Positions 8,987 through 17,119 of a stretch of 32,000 nt of DNA are shown piece after piece. Below the pieces are notes generated by a model. That model saw nothing but the letters and a program-made list of their open reading frames with translations, made no database searches and was not told the origin of the DNA. The position numbers and the translations under genes are program-made. Each line of letters starts with the position of its first letter. Positions within the stretch are counted from its first letter, which is position 1. The DNA lies in assembly GCF_008065095.1 (NCBI RefSeq), contig NZ_CP042911.1, positions 4,710,001 to 4,742,000 on the forward strand, in the 5' to 3' direction. Source of the stretch: Gemmata obscuriglobus (GTDB lineage Bacteria > Planctomycetota > Planctomycetia > Gemmatales > Gemmataceae).

Positions 8987-10540
8987 TCACGGAAACTTGG
9001 AGACCTCCGGCGGCATCTGCACCGGACCAGCACCGGGTTTGGACGGTGCGGGAGCAGAAGCGGAAGCGGGCGCGACAGCAGGAGCAGGAACGGGAGCAGA
9101 AATGGGAGCGGGCCACGATTCTTCCATCAGCAGCCCGGACAGTTCCGCAGCGGCCTTCCATGCCTCGCCGAGCGACCGGTTGTACTCCACCCGCGCTTCG
9201 GCGATCGCCCGCTGCGCCTGAATGACCCGCAGGTATTCGAACTGGCCGCCCTTGAACGCGGTCAGCGACAGTTGGTACGTCTCTTCGGCGCGGGGGATCA
9301 GTTCCTTGCGGTACGCCTCGGCGCGCTCCCGGGCGGCGGCGTACGCCTGGTACGCCGTCGCGACCCGGGCCGCCAGTTCGTTCTCGGTCTGCCCGACGTT
9401 CTGGATCGCCATCCCCAGTTCGGCGCGGGCCGCGCGAATGTTCCCCTGGTTCCGGTTCCACATGGGCACAGGCAGGCTGACGCCGACAGAGCCGTCGTGC
9501 GAACGGTTCTCGAACTGCCGCACGTACCCCGCGGAAACGGTCAGGTTCGGGATCGGCTCGACTTCCGCCCGGCGGACCGCCGCTTGCGCCCGCTCGACTC
9601 CCACCCGCGCCGACCGTGCCTGCGGGTGGTACTCCAGAACCGCCTGGCGGACCACTTCAGCGTCATAGTTCGGCAGGTTGTCGAACGTCGCCTTCACGGC
9701 CTCCGGGACCAGCGCGTTCTGCCCGGCGACGGCCGCCAGCCGCCGGTACGCCCCGGGCAGTTCGCGCCGAGCCGACTGGAGTTCGGCGCGGAACCGTTCG
9801 CGCTCGACTTCCAGTTGGATCAGGTCGAGCCGGGCGATCTGCTTGTTGTCGAGCAGCGTTTTCCCGATACCCCACGCGTCGTCGGCCAGTTTTACCACCT
9901 CCGCGAGGATCTCGGCCCGCTGTTGGAGCGTGAACGCCTCGTAGAACGCCCCCCGCACCGAGCCCACGACCGCGAACCGCTCGCCGAGCAGTTCGAGGGT
10001 GGCCTGATCAACCTCGCGCGCCGCGACCGCTTGCGCGAGCGTGAGCTTATGGCCCGTAACAATCGTCTGCGAGATCCGCGGCGCGGTGAGAATGCCGAGC
10101 CGGTCGGGGCTGGACCGGTCGCCGAGTTCGTCCCAGTTCACCGCCACGTCGGGGTTCGGGTACAGTCCGGCCTGGAGGTGCCGCCCGCGGGCCGCGTCGA
10201 TAGCCAGGTTCGCTTTGGCGAGCCGCGGGTTCTGCTCGACCGCGAGCCGGAGGAAATCCTCCAAAGCGGACGGAGCGCTCGGGGTGCTCGGTCCCGGCAC
10301 AGCGGACGGCGCCGGGTTTTGGAACGCCGCCTGCTGAACCCCCGTGTTACCGGGTTGCAAGCGACCGGCCGTTGGGGAAATCGGGGACGTACGGCCCGTT
10401 ACCCTTCCCGGCGCCGGCGAGCGTGAAAGAAGGAGCGTGTCGTCGCTATCGGGCGACGCGCAACCGGCAACCAGCGCGGCCGCCCCGCCGGCGTACAGTG
10501 CCGCTCGTCGCCAAACGGTTCGGATGTTGAACAGCCGCAT
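8987..10540 (-). CDS. TolC-family outer membrane efflux protein (lipoprotein type) with Pro/Ala-rich C-terminal tail
   Basis: Start MRLFNIRTVWRRAALYAGGAAALVAGC (lipobox) at ATG 10540. There are two repeated helical OEP halves with typical motifs (LEDFLRLAVEQNPRLA, LYPNPDV, RAELQSARRE, GQFEYLRVIQAQRAIAEAR). It ends in PAPISAPVPAPAVAPASASAPAPSKPGAGP. Confidence 0.85.
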   Translation of the reverse strand: MRLFNIRTVWRRAALYAGGAAALVAGCASPDSDDTLLLSRSPAPGRVTGRTSPISPTAGRLQPGNTGVQQAAFQNPAPSAVPGPSTPSAPSALEDFLRLAVEQNPRLAKANLAIDAARGRHLQAGLYPNPDVAVNWDELGDRSSPDRLGILTAPRISQTIVTGHKLTLAQAVAAREVDQATLELLGERFAVVGSVRGAFYEAFTLQQRAEILAEVVKLADDAWGIGKTLLDNKQIARLDLIQLEVERERFRAELQSARRELPGAYRRLAAVAGQNALVPEAVKATFDNLPNYDAEVVRQAVLEYHPQARSARVGVERAQAAVRRAEVEPIPNLTVSAGYVRQFENRSHDGSVGVSLPVPMWNRNQGNIRAARAELGMAIQNVGQTENELAARVATAYQAYAAARERAEAYRKELIPRAEETYQLSLTAFKGGQFEYLRVIQAQRAIAEARVEYNRSLGEAWKAAAELSGLLMEESWPAPISAPVPAPAVAPASASAPAPSKPGAGPVQMPPEVSKFP

Positions 10541-10602
10541 GACCAGCCCCTCGCGCGAATCTTCCAAAGTGTGAGAAAATGCGAGCCGATCAGCGCGCAG
10601 GG

Positions 10603-11037
10603 CTAGCAGCGGAAGGCATACGAATAGCGAATGAGACGCGCACCCGACTGCGATCCCAGAACCGGCTCACCAACGACCGTGTAGCAAACCGCCGGCGCCC
10701 CCGCGGGCACCGCATCTAACGGACCGGCAGCGCCGTCCTCTCCGCGCACGGGGTCGGAGCGTTCCGGTGCAGTCGGGACCGTACCCGTCTGTGCCCCGTG
10801 TTCACACGGGCCGTTACAGGTCCCGTGGGAGAGGGGTTCCGAATCGGGCGCGGACGGCGCATCATGCTCCGTGAGGCAGCACTTACAGTGCGGCTCTGCT
10901 GGTGAGACCGGGGCCAGGTGGGGAACCCGCAGCCCGAGCGCGTGGGCGATGTGACACGGACATTGACCGGACCCGGTGACCGGTACGGTCGCCAGGAACG
11001 CAGCGCCCAAAATCCACGCCGAAACCGCTCGGAACAT
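10603..11037 (-). CDS. Hypothetical secreted Cys/His-rich protein
   Basis: From ATG 11037: signal-like MFRAVSAWILGAAFLATVPVTGSG, then clustered Cys/His motifs (QCPCH, HCKCC..EH, HGTCNGPCEHG, terminal C). It is co-directional with the TolC-like gene and stops 62 bp upstream of it. No family recognised; coding status rests on ORF length, the signal peptide and position. Confidence 0.5.
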   Translation of the reverse strand: MFRAVSAWILGAAFLATVPVTGSGQCPCHIAHALGLRVPHLAPVSPAEPHCKCCLTEHDAPSAPDSEPLSHGTCNGPCEHGAQTGTVPTAPERSDPVRGEDGAAGPLDAVPAGAPAVCYTVVGEPVLGSQSGARLIRYSYAFRC

Positions 11038-11462
11038 CGCATCCGTCCGAATGGTCAATGTCGTAACCACTGCTACAACCGTCACACTTATCGACCGCGA
11101 AGGTGCGTCGGCTTCATCGCAGTTCGGAACTTAGGCAAGTGCTCCCGTCTGAACCGTCCGATTGCTGATACGGCGTTCAGACTTGAGCCGGTGCCCACCT
11201 TCCGTTCGCGGAGCGGTTGCCGGCCCGGTTATTGGCACATCCGGCATTCCTCACAGCCCACCAGAAGCAGCTTGGCGGTAGCAACACGCCAGCGAATCGG
11301 CAGCTTATGGCCAGCGGCTGTCCGTCGCGTGTCCAGTTCGTGGCCGCCGGCATGAGACTGTAACCCCCGTTACAGCGCTGCGACTTGACGCCGGCCGAAT
11401 GGGTTACGACACACACGCCCGGCTGTGGGTTTCGTGCCGGTGCGACACGCAATCCAACCACC

Positions 11463-12437
11463 TCACCCCGCGCCCCGACCGGTCGGGTATCGCCTCAGCA
11501 GTTCGACCGCTGTGTTCGCCACCAACCGGTAGCTTTCGCGACTGTAGCCGCCGCTCAGCAACATGACGGTGGGAACGACCCTGCCCCGCAGTTGTTCGAT
11601 CACGTACAGGTCACGAGCCAGAACGTCGGCGGCCGTCAGGTTCAACCCGCCCAGCGTGTCACCGGCGAACACGTCGGTTCCGGCGTTGTAAACGGCCAGT
11701 CCGACCCGCCCGGACCGACAAACCGAGTCCAGAAACCCCGGAAGCGTCAGGTTGAGCAGACGCATGTACTCGCCCCCAGTGCAGTGATCCGGAAGCGGAA
11801 CGGCGCAGTCGATCCGGCGCCGGGCTTCCTGGTCGTGTGCGGGGTAAATGTGTGGGTTGAAGGCGTCGTACAAGAAGACCCTTGGATCGGAGCGGAAGTG
11901 GTGACAAACGCCGTTCCCCTGGTGCGCGTCGAGATCGACGTAAACCACGCGGTCGTCAGGAGCGAGCCGTCCGGCGGTTCGTAACCCGTGGACCAGGTGT
12001 GCGATGTCGTTGAAGACGCAAAACCCCTCACCGCCGTTCGGCCGTGCATGGTGATACCCCCCGGACAGGTTAAGCGCGAGGCCGTGCGTCAGCGCCTCGC
12101 GGGCGGCGACAAGCGACCCGGCCACCGCCCACCGCATCGGTCGTAGAACCGCCCGCCAGACGGCCCACGCCGGCAGCCGGCGCAGGAAAGGCAGTTCCAG
12201 CACCCATGCGAGTTCACGCGGGTCGCCGAGTCGCGCGAGGTATGAGGGGTCGTGTGTCACCGAAAGTTCGGCGACCGACACCGGGCGGGGCACACCGACC
12301 AACGCGCGGTCGCGCAGCAGTCGCCCCACACTTCCGATGGCACGCCAAGCCCGGCCGTACTTTCGTGAGTCGAACGGGTGCAACCGCTCCAGCCCGAGGA
12401 ACCCGATGTTGTACCGGCGAGTATAAATCAACTTCAT
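11463..12437 (-). CDS. Histone deacetylase-family (arginase/deacetylase fold) zinc amidohydrolase
   Basis: Signature motifs: SGGYHHARPNGGEGFCVFND (catalytic His pair), VYVDLDAHQGNG (Zn ligands), YNAGTDVFAGDTLGGLNLT, LLSGGYS (catalytic Tyr). Confidence 0.9.
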   Translation of the reverse strand: MKLIYTRRYNIGFLGLERLHPFDSRKYGRAWRAIGSVGRLLRDRALVGVPRPVSVAELSVTHDPSYLARLGDPRELAWVLELPFLRRLPAWAVWRAVLRPMRWAVAGSLVAAREALTHGLALNLSGGYHHARPNGGEGFCVFNDIAHLVHGLRTAGRLAPDDRVVYVDLDAHQGNGVCHHFRSDPRVFLYDAFNPHIYPAHDQEARRRIDCAVPLPDHCTGGEYMRLLNLTLPGFLDSVCRSGRVGLAVYNAGTDVFAGDTLGGLNLTAADVLARDLYVIEQLRGRVVPTVMLLSGGYSRESYRLVANTAVELLRRYPTGRGAG

Positions 12438-12522
12438 CAGCGAACCTTCGCACGATCCGGTGAGATCGTCCGGTCAGGGGCCGTTCCCGCCGTTCTTCCG
12501 CCGATCCGGACCCGTCACGCTG

Positions 12523-13602
12523 TCACTGGTGAAGGAACCTCACGTCGCGGACGTTTTGCTCGGCGACGGCCCGCGTGATCTTGCCCATCCGGAACAATAG
12601 CCGCACCGACTCGTCGCACGTCCACATGCCGTCTTCGCGCCCGGTCTGGATGCAGTTGTCGATGCTCTCCACCTTGTTCTGACGGATCGCGCTCGCCACC
12701 GGGTGCGTGTTCCACAGCACCTCCAGTGCGAGGTGCCGCTTCTCGCTCTTCTGAACGCTCGGCAGCAGCCGCTGACTGACGATCGCGCGGAGGCTCATCG
12801 CCAGTTGCGACCGCACGCCGGAGTGCGCGTCCGGCGGGAACAGGTCCGGCAACCGGGTGATGGCGCCCTTCGCGTCACGGGTGTGGAGGGTGCTGAACAC
12901 GAGGTGCCCCGTTTCGGCGGCACTCAGCGCCATTTGCGCGGTCTCGCGGTCGCGGACCTCGCCCACCAGAATCACGTCGGGGTCCTGGCGCAACCCGTAC
13001 TTCAGCCCGTCGGCGAACGAGAGCACGTCGCCCCCGACCTCGCGCTGGGTGATGACCGAGTTGGGCTCACGTGGGAACCGGTACTCGACCGGCTCTTCCA
13101 CCGTGATGATGCGGTACCCGCCCGCCTTATTGATCTGATTGACCAGCATCGCCAAGGTGGTCGATTTGCCCGATCCGGTCGCGCCGGTGACGATCACGAG
13201 CCCGTCGCGCAGCGCCACGAGCCGGGCCGCCAGATCCGCCGGGAACCCGGCCCATGTGAGATCGGGAATCGCATCCGGGATGAGTCGGAAGCAGCCACCG
13301 GTGTCACCGCCGGCCAGAAACAGGGTCGCGCGGAACCGCGTCGATTTGCCCCCGAGTTCGCACTCGAACGAGTAGTCCGCGTTCTTGCTGTTCTGGAGCC
13401 GCTGGGCCACATCTTCCGGGCACGACGAGAGCAACAGCGGTTCCGTGTCGGCCGCGGTGAGCGGGGCTTCGGGCAACTCGATCAGGTCGCCGTGCAGTCG
13501 GATCACGGGCGGGTGCCCGGCGACAACGTGGAGGTCCGAGGCACCGGCCTGCACCGCCCATTCGAGCCACTGAAGGAGTTTGTCCGCGATGCGTGCCGCC
13601 AT
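12523..13602 (-). CDS. pilT: PilT-family type IV pilus retraction-type ATPase
   Basis: Walker A GATGSGKSTT, Asp box IITVEEPVEY, Walker B DPDVILVGEVRD, His box GHLVFSTLHT and a PilT-like C-terminal segment (ASAIRQNKVESI). Start at ATG 13602 (MAARIADKLLQWLE...) gives a typical 359 aa. The track start 13719 adds 39 residues and cannot be excluded. Confidence 0.9.
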   Translation of the reverse strand: MAARIADKLLQWLEWAVQAGASDLHVVAGHPPVIRLHGDLIELPEAPLTAADTEPLLLSSCPEDVAQRLQNSKNADYSFECELGGKSTRFRATLFLAGGDTGGCFRLIPDAIPDLTWAGFPADLAARLVALRDGLVIVTGATGSGKSTTLAMLVNQINKAGGYRIITVEEPVEYRFPREPNSVITQREVGGDVLSFADGLKYGLRQDPDVILVGEVRDRETAQMALSAAETGHLVFSTLHTRDAKGAITRLPDLFPPDAHSGVRSQLAMSLRAIVSQRLLPSVQKSEKRHLALEVLWNTHPVASAIRQNKVESIDNCIQTGREDGMWTCDESVRLLFRMGKITRAVAEQNVRDVRFLHQ

Positions 13603-13755
13603 GCCCCGTCCCCCAGCGTGTGCGGATTCGGTTCCGACCGCGGCATCATAGCAAGCGCCGGCGCTCCAAGTGATGAGTCGTTGCCCCTCGATTAACGGTT
13701 CGGTGTCACCAGGGGACACCGTTGTCGGTTCCCCTGGTGACGATGGCCTTTCGCG

Positions 13756-16700
13756 TCAGTGGTTGAACAGGAACGCGGGGCTGTTCACCAGCGCCCACAC
13801 CACGTCCTGCGCGCCGAGCACGCGCGGGTCGGACGGCGGGGCGTTGGCCCCTTCGGCCGCGAGCCGCGCGTACTCCTTGTCCTGGGCGAGATACATCTGT
13901 CGCAATTGCGCCTGCTGGGCCGGCGTCCGCTTCTCGACCGGCGTTTCCAGCAGCGTCACCTGCTGCGGGTTCAGCGGGCTCTGGAGCTTCGGGTTCGGGT
14001 CCGAGGTCACCGAGATCCGGAACTTGCCGATCGCGTGCTTGCTCCCGTACCGCTGGTCCAGCACGGCGGTGAACTGCGCCCCCACCGGGCTGCTCACCGG
14101 CTTGTCGAACTTGAACAGCGCCGCATTGTCCTGCCCGAGGCGCCCCGCAGTGGCCCACCCGGTGGCCGGGTTGTTGTCCACGGCGAACGCCGCCGGGAAG
14201 CCGTTCTGGGCGAAGATCTGGTCCGCCGCGGTCAGTTTCAGCGGCACCGGATTGCTGTCGATTTGGTCCAGAAGCCGGTACGTCACCCGCAGCTCGTTGA
14301 GCACGAAGTTGCCGTTCTCGGCGCGCCCGGGGCCTCGCGCGGGCAGCGTCGGGTCCGGGAGAACTTCGAGCCGCAACGCAGTAATCGGCCGATCGGTTTC
14401 CACCAGCCCGATCACGGTGTACAGATCCGTTTCGGGCACGGCTCCGGTGGCGAGGAGCGACCCGTCCTTGCCGAGCTGGAGCTTCGTGCCCGGCGCCTGC
14501 GCCCGCGCGCGGCGCACATCAAGCGCGGTCCACGCGGTCGGCTTCTGCGCCCGCAGCCCCTCCTCCCAAACCTGCTGTTTGGCGGCCACGGTAGCTTTGT
14601 ACGCGTTGAACGCGTCCGCCTTGGGTTTGTACTCGGCCAGCATCTTGGCGTGGTAGCCGCCGGCGCCCCGGAGCGCGTCCAGCGCCGCCGCCCGTTCGCC
14701 CGCCGTCGGGCGTCGGTTCAGCACCGACAGGAAGATCTGTTCGACCACCTTCGTGTCGTCCTTTTCGGACTGCACGAACTGGTTCAGCCGGCTGTTGGGG
14801 TCTTTGATCGCCTCCGCGACCACCGGGCCGCTGACCATCGCGAGCACCGGGCCGAGGTTCAGCCCCGAGCCGCGTTCGCACTCGCACGAGCTCTCCCGCA
14901 CCGGCTTGTTGAACAGTTCCAGGAACCCGCCGGGCAGTTCCACGTTGCTGTCCACCAGTTGCGCGGCGCGGGAGCCGGCGGGCAGCCCGGGCAACTTCGC
15001 TTGCGAGCCGGTCGCGCGGTGGATCGCGTCGAACAGGACTTCCGCGGGGAGGCGCCGCGCCAGCGCGTGCGAGTAGTTGATCTCGTCGTCCTTGTTCCAC
15101 TTGTTCGTGGCCAGCGAGAGCTGGTACGTCCGGCTCTTGCAGATGGTCTTGATGAGCTTCTGCGTGTCGAACCCGGACTGGATGAAGTCCGCGGTGAGGG
15201 CGTCGAGCAGTTCTGGGTTCGTGGGCGGGTTCCCGGCGCGGATGTCGTCGATCGGCTCGATCAGCCCGACGCCGAGCAGGTAGCTCCACATCCGGTTGAC
15301 GTAGCTCTTTGCGAAGTACTGGTTGTGCGGAGAGGTGATCCACCGCGCGACCTCTTCGCGCCGCGCGCCCCCCTTCGGCAGTTCCGCGGCGACCGCGTAC
15401 GGGAAGTACGGTTTCGCGGTCTCGCCGGTGCGCTCGTGCTTGATCTCACCGCCCTTCTTGTCGGTGATGACCTCCACCAGCGGCTTCGCCCCCTCCACCG
15501 CTGTGCCGCCGATCTTCTGCCCCTTGAACTTCGGGTCCTCGGCGCGCCCCACCTGCGCGAAGTACGCGGCGAGGCCGTAGTACTGGTCCTGGGTCCACTT
15601 CTCGAACGGGTGGTCGTGGCACTTGTTGCAGTTGAACCGCACCGCCAGGAACAGTTGCGTGGTGTTCTCCATCACCGCGTCGGCGTCGCGAAGGGTCTTG
15701 TAATACGCGGCGGGCGGGTTCTCAACGTTCGACCCGCTCGCGGTGACGACCTGGTACGCGAACCTGTCGTAGGGCCGGTTCTCCGCGACGGCGTCGCGGA
15801 TCCACTTGCGGAACGCGGTCGCGCCCACGTCCCCGAGGAACTTCCGATTCACCATGAGCAAATCGGCCCACTTGTTGGCCCAGTGCTCGACGAACGGCTC
15901 GCTCCCGACCAGTGCGTCAATGACCGCGTCGCGTTTCTCGCGCAGCGGGCGCGCGTCCGCCAGGAACGCCTGCACCTGTTCGGGCGTCGGGGGGAGGCCG
16001 GTCAGGTCGAGGTACGCCCGGCGCAGGAACGAGGCGTCGTCCGTCAGCCCACTGGCCTGAACCTTGACCTTCTTCAGCTTCTGATCGACCAGATCGTCGA
16101 TGTAGTTGTGAACGGCCTGCTGCTTCCACTCGAACCCCGATCGGTCGCCCATGACGACCACAGTGCTCGCGGCGTAGACGCCCTCGTAACGGGCCAGCAT
16201 GGTGGCCTCCCCGCGGCGCGCGGTGCTCACGAGCCCCGCCCGGTCCACCGTGACGACCTCGGTGTTGCTGCTCTCAACGAACGTCTCGGCGGTCACATCG
16301 CGAACGCGCCCGTCCGTGTAGGTCGCGACGGCGGCGAACTGCTGCTTCTGACCGATACGGCCGATGATGGGGTTCTTGGGGAAGATTTCGAGCGACTGGA
16401 CCCGGACGGCGTCCAGGTCGAGCTTCACGCCCTGAGCGATCCACCGGCGCACGACCTCGTAGTACGGGTCACCGGCGGCCATCGTGACGCCGCCCTGGTG
16501 CGGCACGGCCCCGGCCGGCTTTAACAGCATCAGGCTCTTTTCCGGCGCCGCGCGGTTGAACCGGCGGCCCTCAAGGTCGTCGGTCAGGGCACGGTAGTCG
16601 TAAACAGGGTCGTAGCCGCGGAGGGACAGTTTAAAGCCGTTCTTGCCGGCCTGAGCGCCGTGGCAGGTGCCCTGGTTGCAACCGAGCTTACTCAGCACCG

Positions 16701-17082
16701 GCTGCACGTCCGTGACGAAGCTGACCGGTTTATCCTCCGCCGTGCCCGTGACCGCGAGCGGGACGCGGACGGCTTGCCCAGCCAGGGCAACTTCGATCTC
16801 CCCGGCGCCGTCGGCCACGGGACGCACCAGTCCCGCCGGGCTGACGGTTGCGGCCTTCGGAGCGGTCACCTTCGCGATCCGGGTGACATCCACCACGTCC
16901 CCACCGTCGAGCGTGGCGGTGACGAGCAACTGCGCGTACGAGAACGGTCCGGCGAGTTGCACCTTTGCGGGGTGGGCGGTGAGTCTGACGACCTTCGCCC
17001 CGTCCGGGAGCTTTTCCTGTGCGAAGACCGCCGGCCCGAGCGCGAGGAGGAGCACAACGGCGGCGTATCGAAAGGGCTTCAT
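13756..17082 (-). CDS. DUF1549 (PSCyt2) / DUF1553 (PSD1) domain protein with Ig-like (Big_2-type) N-terminal domains
   Basis: Signal peptide MKPFRYAAVVLLLALGPAVFAQ. Ig-like segments are present. LSKLGCNQGTCHG, FLRRAYLDLTGLPPTPEQV and FNCNKCHDHPFEKWTQDQYY (CxxCH) are typical of DUF1549. RRLPAEVLFDAI and the terminal WALVNSPAFLFNH are typical of DUF1553. This is a planctomycete-typical family. Confidence 0.9.
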   Translation of the reverse strand: MKPFRYAAVVLLLALGPAVFAQEKLPDGAKVVRLTAHPAKVQLAGPFSYAQLLVTATLDGGDVVDVTRIAKVTAPKAATVSPAGLVRPVADGAGEIEVALAGQAVRVPLAVTGTAEDKPVSFVTDVQPVLSKLGCNQGTCHGAQAGKNGFKLSLRGYDPVYDYRALTDDLEGRRFNRAAPEKSLMLLKPAGAVPHQGGVTMAAGDPYYEVVRRWIAQGVKLDLDAVRVQSLEIFPKNPIIGRIGQKQQFAAVATYTDGRVRDVTAETFVESSNTEVVTVDRAGLVSTARRGEATMLARYEGVYAASTVVVMGDRSGFEWKQQAVHNYIDDLVDQKLKKVKVQASGLTDDASFLRRAYLDLTGLPPTPEQVQAFLADARPLREKRDAVIDALVGSEPFVEHWANKWADLLMVNRKFLGDVGATAFRKWIRDAVAENRPYDRFAYQVVTASGSNVENPPAAYYKTLRDADAVMENTTQLFLAVRFNCNKCHDHPFEKWTQDQYYGLAAYFAQVGRAEDPKFKGQKIGGTAVEGAKPLVEVITDKKGGEIKHERTGETAKPYFPYAVAAELPKGGARREEVARWITSPHNQYFAKSYVNRMWSYLLGVGLIEPIDDIRAGNPPTNPELLDALTADFIQSGFDTQKLIKTICKSRTYQLSLATNKWNKDDEINYSHALARRLPAEVLFDAIHRATGSQAKLPGLPAGSRAAQLVDSNVELPGGFLELFNKPVRESSCECERGSGLNLGPVLAMVSGPVVAEAIKDPNSRLNQFVQSEKDDTKVVEQIFLSVLNRRPTAGERAAALDALRGAGGYHAKMLAEYKPKADAFNAYKATVAAKQQVWEEGLRAQKPTAWTALDVRRARAQAPGTKLQLGKDGSLLATGAVPETDLYTVIGLVETDRPITALRLEVLPDPTLPARGPGRAENGNFVLNELRVTYRLLDQIDSNPVPLKLTAADQIFAQNGFPAAFAVDNNPATGWATAGRLGQDNAALFKFDKPVSSPVGAQFTAVLDQRYGSKHAIGKFRISVTSDPNPKLQSPLNPQQVTLLETPVEKRTPAQQAQLRQMYLAQDKEYARLAAEGANAPPSDPRVLGAQDVVWALVNSPAFLFNH

Positions 17083-17119
17083 GGGGAGGTCTCGGAGGGC
17101 GTTCTTGATTTGGTTGCGT

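Noticed and set aside
8795-10426. 543-aa plus-strand ORF
   Set aside because: It is antisense to the TolC-like gene, Arg/Pro/Gly-rich, with no domain signature.
13759-16524. 921-aa ORF on the plus strand
   Set aside because: It lies antisense to the confidently identified DUF1549/DUF1553 gene. The translation is Arg/Gly/Pro/Val-rich with no motifs, the typical high-GC shadow ORF.
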